From NCBI GenBank assembly GCA_017887425.1, contig JAGHHZ010000031.1, forward strand, positions 16,019 through 80,018: 64,000 bases of DNA. Reading direction: 5' to 3'. A model generated the notes under the pieces. It saw only the letters and a program-made list of their open reading frames with translations, was not told the origin of the DNA and did no database searches. Below are positions 38,044 to 47,851 of this stretch, piece by piece. Both the position numbers and the translations under genes were made by a program. This DNA is from Bacilli bacterium. GTDB taxonomy: Bacteria; Bacillota_I; Bacilli_A; RF39; UBA660. Every line of letters begins with the position of its first letter. The first letter of the stretch is position 1.

Positions 38044-40548
38044 ATGCAAGATGTTTTAAAAAGAATATATGATTATTCATTAGAAGATATTATGGGTGAA
38101 AGATTTGCAAGATATGCTAAAACAATCATTCAAGATCGAGCTTTACCCGATGTTCGCGATGGTTTAAAACCTGTTCAAAGAAGAATTTTATACACCATGT
38201 ATCAAGGTAAGAATACCTATGACAAACCATATCGTAAGTCAGCTAAAACAGTTGGTGATGTTATGGGACAATATCACCCACATGGCGATTCAAGCATTTA
38301 TGAAGCAATGGTTAGAATGAGTCAATGGTGGAAACAAAACACTCCTTATATTGATATGCACGGAAATAACGGTTCAATGGATGGTGATACTCCGGCAGCT
38401 TATCGTTATACTGAGGCAAGACTATCCAAAATAAGCAATGAATTATTGAAAGATATTAATAAAGATACCGTTGTTATGACTTACAATTATGACGATACTT
38501 TATTTGAACCAACTGTTTTACCAGCTAAATTTCCTAATCTTTTAGTTAATGGTTCAAATGGTATAAGTGCAGGATATGCAACTAATATTCCTCCTCATAA
38601 TTTAGGAGAAATTATCGATGCTACAATCAAAAGAATCGATAGTCCTAACTGTTATTTAGATACAATTTTAGATATCGTTAAAGGACCAGACTTTCCAACT
38701 GGTGGTATTGCTTGTGGTAGACAAGGAATTATCGATGCCTTTACAACCGGTCGTGGTAAAGTTATTGTTAAGTCAAAATATGAAATAGTTAAAACTAAAG
38801 GAAAAGACCAAATAGTTATTACGGAGATACCATTTGATGTCAATAAAGCATCTTTAGTTAAAAAAATCGATGAAATTAGAATTGATAAAAAAGTAGAAGG
38901 AATTCAAGAAGTAAGAGATGAATCGGATTTAGAAAATCCCGAGACAATTGTTATTGATTTAAAAAAAGATGCTAATAGTGATTTAATTATTAATTATTTG
39001 CTTAAAAATACTGATTTACAAATTTCTTTTAATTATAATATGGTAGCGATAGTTAATAATCGTCCAATGACTTTGGGAATATTACAAATATTAGATGCTT
39101 ATATTGCTCATCAAAAGGAGATAATTTTAAAAAGAACGAAATTTGATTTAGATCATGCCTTAGCTGAAATGCATATAGTTGAAGGTTTAATTAAAGCTCT
39201 ATCAATTTTAGATGAAGTTATTAAGACTATTAGAAGTTCTAAAAATAAAAGTGATGCAAAAGACAATTTAGTTAAAGAATATCAATTTACTGAAAAACAA
39301 GCAGAAGCTATTGTTATGTTGCAATTATATAAGTTAACTAATACCGATGTTACTGAATTATTAGAACGCAAAGATAATTTAAAACTAATGATTGAGTTTT
39401 TACAAAGTATTTTAAACGACGAAAATAAATTAAAAAACGTTATGAAAGATGAATTAAGAAATATCAAAAAAGAATATGCTACACCTCGTAAAACTACAAT
39501 CGAAGATGAGGTAAGTGAAATAAAAATTGATACTACTTCGATGATTCCTAAAGAAGATTGCATTGTCGTGGTAACTAAACAAGGCTATGTTAAAAGAGTA
39601 TCACTTAGAAGTTATAATGCTAATGATGAAGAAACTTTAGTTAAAGAAAATGATTATGTTATCGGTCTATATCAAATGAATACTTTAGACACATTATTGC
39701 TATTCACTGATTTAGGTAACTATTTATATGTACCAGTTTATGAAATTCCTGATTTGAAATGGAAAGAATTAGGTAAACACATTAGCAATATTATTAAAAT
39801 AAGTAGTGATGAAAATATAGTTCAAAGTATTCCAGTTTATGACTTTAATAAAGATAAATATATTACTTTATTTAGTAAAGATGGACTAGTTAAGAGAACT
39901 AAATTGAATGAATTTAAAGTAACAAGATATTCTAAACCAATGAGTTGTATGAAATTAAAAGATAAAGATAAAGTAGTTAGTGTAACTGAAAGTAATGGTA
40001 GTGAAGTTTTCATTACAACTAAAAATGGATATGGCTTAAGATATAAAACCGATGAAATATCTATAGTTGGCATAAAAGCTAGTGGCGTTAAAGCAATTAA
40101 TTTAAAAAATGATGAAGTAGTTAATGGTATTTTATTTGATAATACTGATTATATAACTATTATTACAGCAAATGGAACTGGTAAACGAGTTAAAATGACT
40201 GAATTTGAACTATCAACTCGTGCAAGACGCGGTGTCTTATTAGTAAGAGATGTTAAAACTAATCCTTACCACATATTAAAGACATTTATCAATGTTAAAA
40301 AAATAGGTATTTTAACTACTGATATAAACTATATGAAAGTAACTGAATTACCAATCGTTGATCGTTATTCAACTGGAACAGTTATTAATAAAAAAGGTAT
40401 TGTTGATTGTTTTGAAGAAGTTACTTTAACTAAAGAAGAAAAAGAAAACCCAAATATTATCGAAGAAGAAATTATTGAAATATCTTTAGATGATGTCGAT
40501 GAAAAAATATTAACTATCGATGACTTTCTTGATGATTTTAAAATATAA
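38044..40548 (+). CDS. parC: DNA topoisomerase IV subunit A
   Basis: [19 protein letters not shown] (QRR rather than the HRR of GyrA). Active-site [10 protein letters not shown]. No GyrA-box QRRGGKG seen. Confidence 0.85.
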   Translation: MQDVLKRIYDYSLEDIMGERFARYAKTIIQDRALPDVRDGLKPVQRRILYTMYQGKNTYDKPYRKSAKTVGDVMGQYHPHGDSSIYEAMVRMSQWWKQNTPYIDMHGNNGSMDGDTPAAYRYTEARLSKISNELLKDINKDTVVMTYNYDDTLFEPTVLPAKFPNLLVNGSNGISAGYATNIPPHNLGEIIDATIKRIDSPNCYLDTILDIVKGPDFPTGGIACGRQGIIDAFTTGRGKVIVKSKYEIVKTKGKDQIVITEIPFDVNKASLVKKIDEIRIDKKVEGIQEVRDESDLENPETIVIDLKKDANSDLIINYLLKNTDLQISFNYNMVAIVNNRPMTLGILQILDAYIAHQKEIILKRTKFDLDHALAEMHIVEGLIKALSILDEVIKTIRSSKNKSDAKDNLVKEYQFTEKQAEAIVMLQLYKLTNTDVTELLERKDNLKLMIEFLQSILNDENKLKNVMKDELRNIKKEYATPRKTTIEDEVSEIKIDTTSMIPKEDCIVVVTKQGYVKRVSLRSYNANDEETLVKENDYVIGLYQMNTLDTLLLFTDLGNYLYVPVYEIPDLKWKELGKHISNIIKISSDENIVQSIPVYDFNKDKYITLFSKDGLVKRTKLNEFKVTRYSKPMSCMKLKDKDKVVSVTESNGSEVFITTKNGYGLRYKTDEISIVGIKASGVKAINLKNDEVVNGILFDNTDYITIITANGTGKRVKMTEFELSTRARRGVLLVRDVKTNPYHILKTFINVKKIGILTTDINYMKVTELPIVDRYSTGTVINKKGIVDCFEEVTLTKEEKENPNIIEEEIIEISLDDVDEKILTIDDFLDDFKI

Positions 40549-40562
40549 GAAGGAAGGTTTAA

Positions 40563-41045
40563 ATGAAAAAAGAAACAATAATTGAAATAAGTTTTGATGA
40601 AAAAGATGATTATATTAGTCAATTTAATAATACAAAATTATCAAATAAATTAAGTAATTATATTTTAGAGGAATGTCGTGGTAAATCATTATCTAATTGT
40701 ATTACTTTAAATGTTAAACCAAATTTTAAAATTAATGCTAATGAAAAAGAAGAATTTATCAAAATGGTTCATGAAAACTATAAAACGGATTTACAAGAGC
40801 ATACTTTAATTTTAAGACATTCAAATTTAAAAAAATTGATTATTTTCTTTATTGGCATTGTACTAATATATATGTCTTATTTTAGAGGTATAAGTGAAAA
40901 TGAAGTTATATCAGAAGTTATTTTAATAATTGGTTGGGTTGCAATATGGGAAGCAGCTTATACTTGGTTTTTTGAAACTGACAAAAATCGAATTAAAGCT
41001 AAAAGATTGAAACAATTAGCTAAATGTCGAATAAATTTTATATAA
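40563..41045 (+). CDS. hypothetical membrane protein
   Basis: 160-aa ORF after a GAAGGAAGG RBS. Two C-terminal TMs. Confidence 0.45.
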   Translation: MKKETIIEISFDEKDDYISQFNNTKLSNKLSNYILEECRGKSLSNCITLNVKPNFKINANEKEEFIKMVHENYKTDLQEHTLILRHSNLKKLIIFFIGIVLIYMSYFRGISENEVISEVILIIGWVAIWEAAYTWFFETDKNRIKAKRLKQLAKCRINFI

Positions 41046-41060
41046 AATTTAAAAAAAGTA

Positions 41061-41089
41061 TTGTCAAACAAAGAATAATGTTGTATAAT
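41061..41089 (+). promoter_or_regulatory. sigma-A promoter TTGTCA-17-TATAAT for tRNA-Leu
   Basis: -35 at 41061-41066 and -10 at 41084-41089. A 10-bp inverted repeat (41091-41115) follows. Confidence 0.55.
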
Positions 41090-41117
41090 TAATCTTGTCA
41101 GCAGATGACAAGATTAT

Positions 41118-41206
41118 GCCTGAGTGGCGAAATTGGTAGACGCACAGGACTTAAAATCCTGCGGAAGTCAAATTCCGTGCCGGTTCAAGTCCGGCCTTAG
41201 GCACCA
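41118..41206 (+). tRNA. tRNA-Leu (anticodon UAA), CCA encoded
   Basis: Acceptor stem GCCTGAG/CTTAGGC, anticodon loop CTTAAAA, long variable arm, T-arm GGTTCAAGTCC. Confidence 0.9.
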
Positions 41207-41216
41207 CTTAAAAATT

Positions 41217-41249
41217 AACAAATCAAATATATTTGGTTTGTTTTTTTTG
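41217..41249 (+). terminator. intrinsic terminator after tRNA-Leu
   Basis: AACAAATCAAAT..ATTTGGTTTGTT followed by a T run. Confidence 0.55.
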
Positions 41250-41402
41250 TAAAAAGATGATTATGAAAAGAAAGTAATTTTTATCATTAATATATATGAT
41301 TGTAAAAAAAATTTAAATTTTTGTGAAAATTAATAAAGGATAAACTCAATTTATTTACAACTAATTTAATCCATAGTATAATTAATAAATAAGGTGATGT
41401 AA

Positions 41403-42086
41403 GTGAATCAAGAAAAAATTGGACAAGTAATTAAAGAAATAAGAACGAAAAACAATTTAAGTCAACAAGCTTTTGCGGAAAAGTTTGGAGTCACTTATCA
41501 AGCTGTATCAAAATGGGAAAATGGTAAAAATATTCCCGACATTGCTACCTTAAAAGAAATTTGTAAAGAGTATAATTTAAAATTAGAAGATTTATTAGAT
41601 GCTAAAATATCGAGTAAACAAAAAAATAATTTATTAAAATGGTTTCTTTTAGTTATTATATTATTAATTATTATTTTGATTATTGTTTTAATTTCTAAAA
41701 ATAACGATTTTGAATTTAAAACATTATCAACAAGCTGTAATGATTTTACCGTAAATGGCAGTATTGCTTATAACGATACAAAATCATCTATTTATATTTC
41801 ACATATAACTTATTGTGGTGAAGTAGATAGTAATAAATATAAAAAAATACAGTGTGTTTTATATGAGTCTAATGATAAAATTAAAACAGAAATCGGAAGA
41901 TATAATTATGAAGAAGAGAGTGGTATAACACTAGAAGAGTTTTTAAAAGAAGTAAATTTTAATGTGGAAACATGCAAATTATATTCTGAAGATAGCCTAC
42001 ATTTAGAAATAGATGCGACGACAGTTGAAGGTAAAGATATATTTCACAAAGTTCCTTTAAAACTAGTTGATAATTGTATTGATTAG
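41403..42086 (+). CDS. XRE-family HTH protein with TM segment and extracytoplasmic C-domain
   Basis: GTG after AAGGTGA. HTH IKEIRTKNNLSQQAFAEKFGVTYQAVSKWENG. TM LLKWFLLVIILLIIILIIVLI. Confidence 0.6.
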   Translation: MNQEKIGQVIKEIRTKNNLSQQAFAEKFGVTYQAVSKWENGKNIPDIATLKEICKEYNLKLEDLLDAKISSKQKNNLLKWFLLVIILLIIILIIVLISKNNDFEFKTLSTSCNDFTVNGSIAYNDTKSSIYISHITYCGEVDSNKYKKIQCVLYESNDKIKTEIGRYNYEEESGITLEEFLKEVNFNVETCKLYSEDSLHLEIDATTVEGKDIFHKVPLKLVDNCID

Positions 42087-42113
42087 GACTCAACCTTAAG
42101 TTGAGTCTTTTTT
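42087..42113 (+). terminator. intrinsic terminator GACTCAAC-CTTAA-GTTGAGTC + T6
   Basis: Perfect 8-bp stem directly after the stop codon, followed by TTTTTT. Confidence 0.7.
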
Positions 42114-42175
42114 CAACCTATAATTTATTGCTTTTTAGATAAAATAGTTTTAAAATTAAACATGAGGAGGTATTT

Positions 42176-44134
42176 ATGAAAAATAAAAAAATGTGGGTTT
42201 GGATTATTTTAGTGGTTGTTATATTAGCTATTATTTTATTTATTTTACTTAATAATAACAATCAAAATGTTGATGAAGTTGCTATTAGTGAAAGTTTAAT
42301 AACCGGTCAATATAACAAAGAAAAGGATTTTAAAACAGAAGGTTATACTATTGATAACCCAAATGTTATCTTAAACCCTTATGGTAATTCACCTTTGACT
42401 GCTTTGATATTGTTTGAAACAACCGAAGAAGTAAGTCCAACAGTAACAATTGTTGGTAAAGACGAAAATACTACTTTTACACATACTTTTAATGCTAGTC
42501 AAGAACATTTGTTATCAATCTATGGTTTATATGCAGATTATAATAATGAAGTTATAATCGAATATGAAGTTGATGGTGAAACTATTAGTAAAACTGTCAA
42601 TATTCAAACAGAGGAATTACCAGATGATTTTATTTTACCAACGAGGGTTGAAGCTGATAAAGAAAACTTAGATAATCAACTTTATTTCTTCACACCATCA
42701 AGTAGTGGTTATACTTGTGCTTATGATGTTAATGGTGATGTTAGGTGGTATTTAACCAATTATGCTTTATGGAAAATTGATCGTTTAGAAAATGGACATT
42801 TATTAGTTAGTACAGAAAGATTAGTTAATCCACCATATTATATGACAGGTTTATATGAGATGGATTTATTAGGTAAAATCTATGTTGAATATAGTCTTCC
42901 TGGAGGATATCATCATGATTATTATGAAATGGAAAATGGTAACCTATTAATAGCTAGTGATGATTTTAATAATGCTAAAGGAACTGTCGAAGATTATATT
43001 GTTGAATTAGATCGTGAAACAGGTGAAATTGTTAAAACATTTGACTTGAAAAATGTTTTAAACATGAGTGATGGTAAAAGTGAAAATTGGACTGATTATG
43101 ATTGGTTCCACAATAATTCAGTATGGTATGATGAAAATACTAATTCGATAACTTTATCTGGTCGTCATCAAGATGCGGTTATTAATATCGATTATGAAAC
43201 AGGCGAATTAAATTGGATAATTGGTGATCCAACAAACTGGAGCGAAGAATATCAAAAATATTTCTTTACCCCAATTGGTGACGATTTTGAATGGCAATGG
43301 AGTCAACACGCAGCCATGATTACACCAGAAGGTTATGTCTTTATTTTAGATAATGGTAATAATAAATCAAAAATAAAAGAAGAATATGTTCCGGCTAGTG
43401 AAAGTTACACTAGAGGTGTTATGTATAAAATTGATACTGACAATATGACGATTGAACAAATATGGCAATACGGTAAAGAAAGAGGAAGTGATTATTATTC
43501 ACCTTACATTTCTGATGTTGATTATTTAGATGCTAATCACTATATTGTTCATTCAGGAGGAATTGCTTATAAAGATGGTGAAGTATTAAATCAACCTGCA
43601 GGATTAGCTGGTGCTGATGAATTAAAAAGTATTACGACCGAATTACTTAACGATGAAATTATTTTTGAAATCGAATTACCTACTAATAATTATCGTGTTG
43701 AAAAAATGGATTTATATGTCGATAATGAACAATTAGTATTAGGCCAAGCTAAAAAAATCGGTTCACTTGGCGAAACAGAAAGTAAGCAAAGTTTATCATT
43801 AATTTTAAATGCTAAAAATCCTGATGAAGAATATAATAATCACAATATTACATTTACTAAGGAAGATGATCGTTTAGTAATTAATGGAACATTTAAAAGA
43901 GGAACTGATGTTGAAATAATTTTAGCTAAAAATATGATGGTTAATACTTATGATTGGCGAATAAGTAAAAAACCATATACAGCTTTATGCGTCGATATAT
44001 TTACTGAAGAAGAAAATGAAAATGGACTTAATACTAATAAATATATTAATAGTGAAGGCTTAAGTGGTAAATATTCTATTTATGTTAAAATAGAGGGAAC
44101 ACTTTATAACACTTTAAAATCAGTTGAATTTTAA
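42176..44134 (+). CDS. aryl-sulfate sulfotransferase (ASST)-like beta-propeller protein, membrane-anchored or secreted
   Basis: N-terminal TM/signal sequence. WFHNNSVWYDENTNSITLSGRHQDAVINIDYETGELNWIIGDP resembles the ASST family core. Confidence 0.6.
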   Translation: MKNKKMWVWIILVVVILAIILFILLNNNNQNVDEVAISESLITGQYNKEKDFKTEGYTIDNPNVILNPYGNSPLTALILFETTEEVSPTVTIVGKDENTTFTHTFNASQEHLLSIYGLYADYNNEVIIEYEVDGETISKTVNIQTEELPDDFILPTRVEADKENLDNQLYFFTPSSSGYTCAYDVNGDVRWYLTNYALWKIDRLENGHLLVSTERLVNPPYYMTGLYEMDLLGKIYVEYSLPGGYHHDYYEMENGNLLIASDDFNNAKGTVEDYIVELDRETGEIVKTFDLKNVLNMSDGKSENWTDYDWFHNNSVWYDENTNSITLSGRHQDAVINIDYETGELNWIIGDPTNWSEEYQKYFFTPIGDDFEWQWSQHAAMITPEGYVFILDNGNNKSKIKEEYVPASESYTRGVMYKIDTDNMTIEQIWQYGKERGSDYYSPYISDVDYLDANHYIVHSGGIAYKDGEVLNQPAGLAGADELKSITTELLNDEIIFEIELPTNNYRVEKMDLYVDNEQLVLGQAKKIGSLGETESKQSLSLILNAKNPDEEYNNHNITFTKEDDRLVINGTFKRGTDVEIILAKNMMVNTYDWRISKKPYTALCVDIFTEEENENGLNTNKYINSEGLSGKYSIYVKIEGTLYNTLKSVEF

Positions 44135-44139
44135 TTGAT

Positions 44140-44166
44140 AACTCGGACTATTTTTAGTCCGGGTTA
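44140..44166 (+). terminator. intrinsic terminator
   Basis: AACTCGGACT-ATTTTT-AGTCCGGGTT with one mismatch, followed by an AT-rich tail. Confidence 0.5.
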
Positions 44167-44227
44167 TTATTATATTTCATATCTTAAATTTATTCGACAT
44201 ATAATAGAATAAATTGTAATTTAAGGG

Positions 44228-44257
44228 TTGACTTTTGAATTTGTTTTATGATATAAT
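44228..44257 (+). promoter_or_regulatory. sigma-A promoter TTGACT-18-TGaTATAAT for the tRNA operon
   Basis: -35 at 44228-44233 and extended -10 at 44249-44257. Confidence 0.6.
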
Positions 44258-44281
44258 CTACATGTTCGTTACAAAAACTGT

Positions 44282-44372
44282 GGAGAAATACCCAAGTCTG
44301 GTTGAAGGGACCGGTCTTGAAAACCGGGAGGTCGGAAACGGCGCGGGGGTTCGAATCCCTCTTTCTCCGCCA
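44282..44372 (+). tRNA. tRNA-Ser (anticodon UGA)
   Basis: Acceptor stem GGAGAAA/TTTCTCC, anticodon loop CTTGAAA, long variable arm, CCA encoded. Confidence 0.9.
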
Positions 44373-44384
44373 TTTTGTTTATAT

Positions 44385-44461
<77 letters not shown>

Positions 44462-44462
44462 T

Positions 44463-44538
44463 GGTTCCGTAGTGTAGTGGTTATCACGTCTGCCTGTCAC
44501 GCAGAAGATCGCGGGTTCAAGTCCCGTCGGAACCGCCA
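44463..44538 (+). tRNA. tRNA-Asp (anticodon GUC)
   Basis: Acceptor stem GGTTCCG/CGGAACC, anticodon loop CTGTCAC. Confidence 0.9.
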
Positions 44539-44541
44539 TTT

Positions 44542-44617
44542 GGCTTCATAGCTCAGTCGGTAGAGCAAAGGACTGAAAATCCTTGTGTCGGTGGTTCGAT
44601 TCCACCTGAAGCCACCA
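44542..44617 (+). tRNA. tRNA-Phe (anticodon GAA)
   Basis: GGCTTCATAGCTCAGTCGGTAGAGC..., anticodon loop CTGAAAA. Confidence 0.9.
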
Positions 44618-44646
44618 TTTTATTAGATTGAACTCCAAGTGGTTTT

Positions 44647-44723
44647 GCGCCCGTAGCTCAGTTGGATAGAGTGTTTGGCTACGAACCAAAAGGTCAGGGG
44701 TTCGAATCCCTTCGAGCGCACCA
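44647..44723 (+). tRNA. tRNA-Arg (anticodon ACG)
   Basis: GCGCCCGTAGCTCAGTTGGATAGAG..., anticodon loop CTACGAA. One C-A mismatch in the acceptor stem. Confidence 0.85.
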
Positions 44724-44729
44724 TCTAAT

Positions 44730-44806
44730 CGGGAAATGGCTCAACTTGGTAGAGCACCTGGTTTGGGACCAGGGGGTTGCAGGTTCAAATCCTGTTTTCC
44801 CGACCA
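44730..44806 (+). tRNA. tRNA-Pro (anticodon UGG)
   Basis: Acceptor stem CGGGAAA/TTTCCCG, anticodon loop TTTGGGA. Confidence 0.9.
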
Positions 44807-44816
44807 TTTAAAATTT

Positions 44817-44841
44817 AAACCCTTAATAGGGTTTTTATTTT
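44817..44841 (+). terminator. intrinsic terminator AAACCCT-TAAT-AGGGTTT + T-rich tail
   Basis: Perfect 7-bp stem after the last tRNA. Confidence 0.65.
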
Positions 44842-44860
44842 TGGATAAAAGGTGATTAAA

Positions 44861-45925
44861 ATGATTTACAGAAATACATATGTCGAAATTAATTTAAAAA
44901 ATATCAAAGAAAATGTAAAAACAATAATTAATAATTATCCTGGATATAAATATTATTTTGGTGTTGTAAAAGCCGATTGTTATGGCCATTTCAGTAATAA
45001 AGTAGTTAAATCTATAATAGATGGTGGTTGTAATTATTTAGCCGTATCTAGTTTAGAAGAAGCTCTATCAATAAGAAAAAGTATTAAAAATATTCCTATC
45101 TTATGTTTAGGAATAATTTCATCTAAATATTTAGATATTTGTGTAAACAATGATATTGCGATAACTATTCCTAGTTTAGAATATTATAATGAACTAGAAA
45201 AAAACAATATTTCTAATTTAAAAGTTCATTTAAAAGTTGATACTGGAATGAAACGGCTTGGGATCGATAATAAAAAAGATTTAGAAAAAGTATATAATAA
45301 AATAAGGAATAATAAAAATATTTTTCTTGAAGGAATATATACCCATATTTATAAAGCAAATGATAAAGAAATAACTGAAAGACAGTTTGAACAATTTAAA
45401 CAATTAACAGAAAACATTGATTTAAAAACTATTCCTATCGTTCATATTACTGCTAGTGAAGCAACTGTTTTATATCCCAAATTACCTTTTGTTAATGGTT
45501 GTAGATTAGGTATTATTATGTATGGCCTTACTTCTAAATCTTTGCCACTTAAGTCAACATTTAAATTAATTAGTGAAGTTATTTTAATTAAGAATTTAAA
45601 TCCCGGAGATACAGTTGGTTACGATGGAACTTATCAAGCTAAAGAAAAAGAAAAAATAGCTATTGTTCCAATTGGCTATGGCGATGGGATTATAAGAGCA
45701 AATAAAGGAAGAAATGTTTATATTAATAATAAAGAATATGAAATTATAGGTAATGTTTGTATGGATATGTTATTTGTAAAAATAGATGATAATGTTAAAA
45801 TTGGCGATAAAGCAGAAGTGATTAAAGATATCGATCATATTAAAAAAATAGCTAAACATTTAAATACTATCGAATATGAAGTTATTTGCAATATAGGTAA
45901 AAGAATACCTAGAATATATAAATAA
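44861..45925 (+). CDS. alr: alanine racemase
   Basis: ATG at 44861, 5 nt after AAAGGTGA. PLP-lysine motif GVVKADCYGH. C-terminal GNVCMDM block. Confidence 0.85.
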   Translation: MIYRNTYVEINLKNIKENVKTIINNYPGYKYYFGVVKADCYGHFSNKVVKSIIDGGCNYLAVSSLEEALSIRKSIKNIPILCLGIISSKYLDICVNNDIAITIPSLEYYNELEKNNISNLKVHLKVDTGMKRLGIDNKKDLEKVYNKIRNNKNIFLEGIYTHIYKANDKEITERQFEQFKQLTENIDLKTIPIVHITASEATVLYPKLPFVNGCRLGIIMYGLTSKSLPLKSTFKLISEVILIKNLNPGDTVGYDGTYQAKEKEKIAIVPIGYGDGIIRANKGRNVYINNKEYEIIGNVCMDMLFVKIDDNVKIGDKAEVIKDIDHIKKIAKHLNTIEYEVICNIGKRIPRIYK

Positions 45926-45928
45926 TAT

Positions 45929-45957
45929 TTGACACACCTAAAATTTAATGATATAAT
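45929..45957 (+). promoter_or_regulatory. consensus sigma-A promoter TTGACA-17-TGaTATAAT
   Basis: -35 at 45929-45934 and -10 at 45952-45957. Starts 3 nt after the alr stop. Confidence 0.65.
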
Positions 45958-45980
45958 CAAGGCGTTAAGGAGAGATTATT

Positions 45981-46028
45981 ATGAAAAAATTAAATAGACA
46001 ACATCATCATAATAGTCGCACTTGTTAA
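45981..46028 (+). CDS. 15-aa leader peptide MKKLNRQHHHNSRTC with three consecutive His codons
   Basis: AAGGAGAG RBS 6 nt upstream. CAT CAT CAT at 46002-46010. Located in the hisS leader. Confidence 0.45.
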   Translation: MKKLNRQHHHNSRTC

Positions 46029-46115
46029 TACATAAAATTATGTAGGCGCAAGTGCTATTTGTGTTGCTTGTTGCCTGTAAATATAAAACTATACAGGCAA
46101 CTGTATAGTTTTTTT
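46018..46115 (+). promoter_or_regulatory. candidate transcription attenuator (four mutually exclusive stems ending in a terminator)
   Basis: Stem 1: 46018-24 with 46049-55. Stem 2: 46045-52 with 46067-75. Stem 3: 46071-79 with 46092-100. Stem 4 (terminator): CTATACAG-GCAA-CTGTATAG at 46089-46108, followed by T7 at 46109-46115. Confidence 0.5.
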
Positions 46116-46126
46116 AGGAGGAATTT

Positions 46127-47431
46127 ATGAAAAGAAAAATCGAATTAAAAAATGTCAAAGGAACTTATGATTATTTACCAGAACAACAAAAAATTAGAAA
46201 TTATATCAATGATACTTTAAAAGAAGTTTTTGAAAAATATGGTTATCAACCTTTAGAAACACCTATTTTATGTTATTACGACTTATTAGCTGGTAAATAT
46301 GATGAAAGTAATGATATATTAAATGAAATATACAAATTAACTGATCAAGGAAACAGAAATTTAGGATTAAGATATGATTTAACAGTACCTTTTGCTAAAT
46401 GTATCGCTATAACTAAAGATTTAAGATTACCATTCAAACGATATGAAATCGGTCGAGTATTTAGAGATGGACCAGTAAAAACAGGAAGAGATCGAGAATT
46501 TATTCAATGTGATGTCGATGTTGTCGGTATTTCTGGTCAAATGATCGAAGCTGAAATAATCTCATTATTTCTTGATGGATGTGACAAATTAGATATTGAT
46601 GTTTTAATTAAATATAACAGTCGTAATTTAATGTCAGGTCTTATTAAAGAACAAAATATCGCTGATGAATTAGTTTCTAGTGTTATTACAATTATTGATA
46701 AATTAGAAAAAATAAGTGAAGCTGAAATAATTGAAGAGTTCAATAAAATTGGTGTATTACAACAAACAGCATTAAATTTATTAAATATATTTAAATTAAA
46801 TATTAATGAATTAAATAAGTTATATGAAAATACTAATAATGAATTAATTAAAAAAGGCTTAGAAGAAATTAAAGAATTAGAATCATATATTGTTAAGTTA
46901 GGTATTCAAGACAAAACTAAATTTGTTGCTACTTTAGCTCGCGGTCAAGAATATTATACTGGTAATGTTTTTGAAGCATATTCTAAAGAATTAACTTGTA
47001 GCATTGGTGGCGGTGGTCGTTATGACAATATGATTACTGACTTTATCAATGATGGTAATGCGTATCCGGCTGTTGGAATCAGTTTCGGATTGTCCGCAAT
47101 CTATGAAATATTAAGAAAAAGAGAACAATTTAAAAATAAATCTTTAATTGATATTTATGTTATACCGATGAATACTAAAAAAGAAAGTTTAATTTTAGCT
47201 AACAACCTAAGAAAATTAGGTTATAAAGTCGATATTGAAATGAATGATCGAAAACTAAAGAAAAGTTTTGAATTTGCTAATCGAGAAAACATCCCTTATG
47301 TTATTGTTTTGGGTGAAGATGAAGTCAATAATAATTATTTCAATTTAAAAAATATGATTACTGGTGAACAAGAAAAAATAGATATCAATGATTTAGAACA
47401 AATTAAAAAAATTATAGAAAAAAATCTATAA
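46127..47431 (+). CDS. hisS: histidine--tRNA ligase
   Basis: Class II motifs: RYDLTVPFAK, FRDGPVKTGRDREFIQCDVD, GGGGRYDNM. Confidence 0.92.
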   Translation: MKRKIELKNVKGTYDYLPEQQKIRNYINDTLKEVFEKYGYQPLETPILCYYDLLAGKYDESNDILNEIYKLTDQGNRNLGLRYDLTVPFAKCIAITKDLRLPFKRYEIGRVFRDGPVKTGRDREFIQCDVDVVGISGQMIEAEIISLFLDGCDKLDIDVLIKYNSRNLMSGLIKEQNIADELVSSVITIIDKLEKISEAEIIEEFNKIGVLQQTALNLLNIFKLNINELNKLYENTNNELIKKGLEEIKELESYIVKLGIQDKTKFVATLARGQEYYTGNVFEAYSKELTCSIGGGGRYDNMITDFINDGNAYPAVGISFGLSAIYEILRKREQFKNKSLIDIYVIPMNTKKESLILANNLRKLGYKVDIEMNDRKLKKSFEFANRENIPYVIVLGEDEVNNNYFNLKNMITGEQEKIDINDLEQIKKIIEKNL

Positions 47432-47764
47432 TTTTTTTTGACTAAATGGAACAATATTAGATGGTTCAATATTTTTAACTTTAGTTTTTTCTTTAGGCAC
47501 AGTTATTTCACTTAATAGTTTAACTGTATTACGATAATTTTCGTCTTCTAATCTTTGAAAAATAGTAGCTTCATAGTAACTATAATTTTCTAATTGTTTT
47601 AAAACCATTTGATAACAATAATAAAGACTGATTGTGCCTATCCCTAAAGTCGCAGTAATCCCTTCAAGTTCTCTTAATTGATTTAAATAATCAGAATTTA
47701 CTTTCATTCTTCGATAAATATCGATATCTTTTTGTAAGACTCCGATCGGTATAATTGTATTCAT
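47426..47764 (-). CDS. hypothetical protein
   Basis: ATG at 47764, 6 nt after AAGGAG. 112 aa. Convergent with hisS, overlapping it by 6 nt. Confidence 0.45.
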   Translation of the reverse strand: MNTIIPIGVLQKDIDIYRRMKVNSDYLNQLRELEGITATLGIGTISLYYCYQMVLKQLENYSYYEATIFQRLEDENYRNTVKLLSEITVPKEKTKVKNIEPSNIVPFSQKKL

Positions 47765-47851
47765 AAGCGCTCCTTTGCTATATTGTATCACATTTATTTA
47801 AAACAATAACCTTTTTTTTTAATATTCATATAATATTTTGAGGTTGATAAT

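Noticed and set aside
36130-40548. Calling the topoisomerase pair gyrB/gyrA
   Set aside because: The A subunit has KPVQRR (ParC-type) rather than KPVHRR and lacks a GyrA-box (QRRGGKG). The pair is not next to dnaA/dnaN/recF-type origin genes, so parE/parC is preferred.
45958-46126. A T-box riboswitch upstream of hisS
   Set aside because: The leader is only ~170 nt. It has no AANNNGGGTGGNACCGCG-like T-box sequence and no specifier-loop architecture. A His-codon mini-ORF with alternative stems explains the region better.
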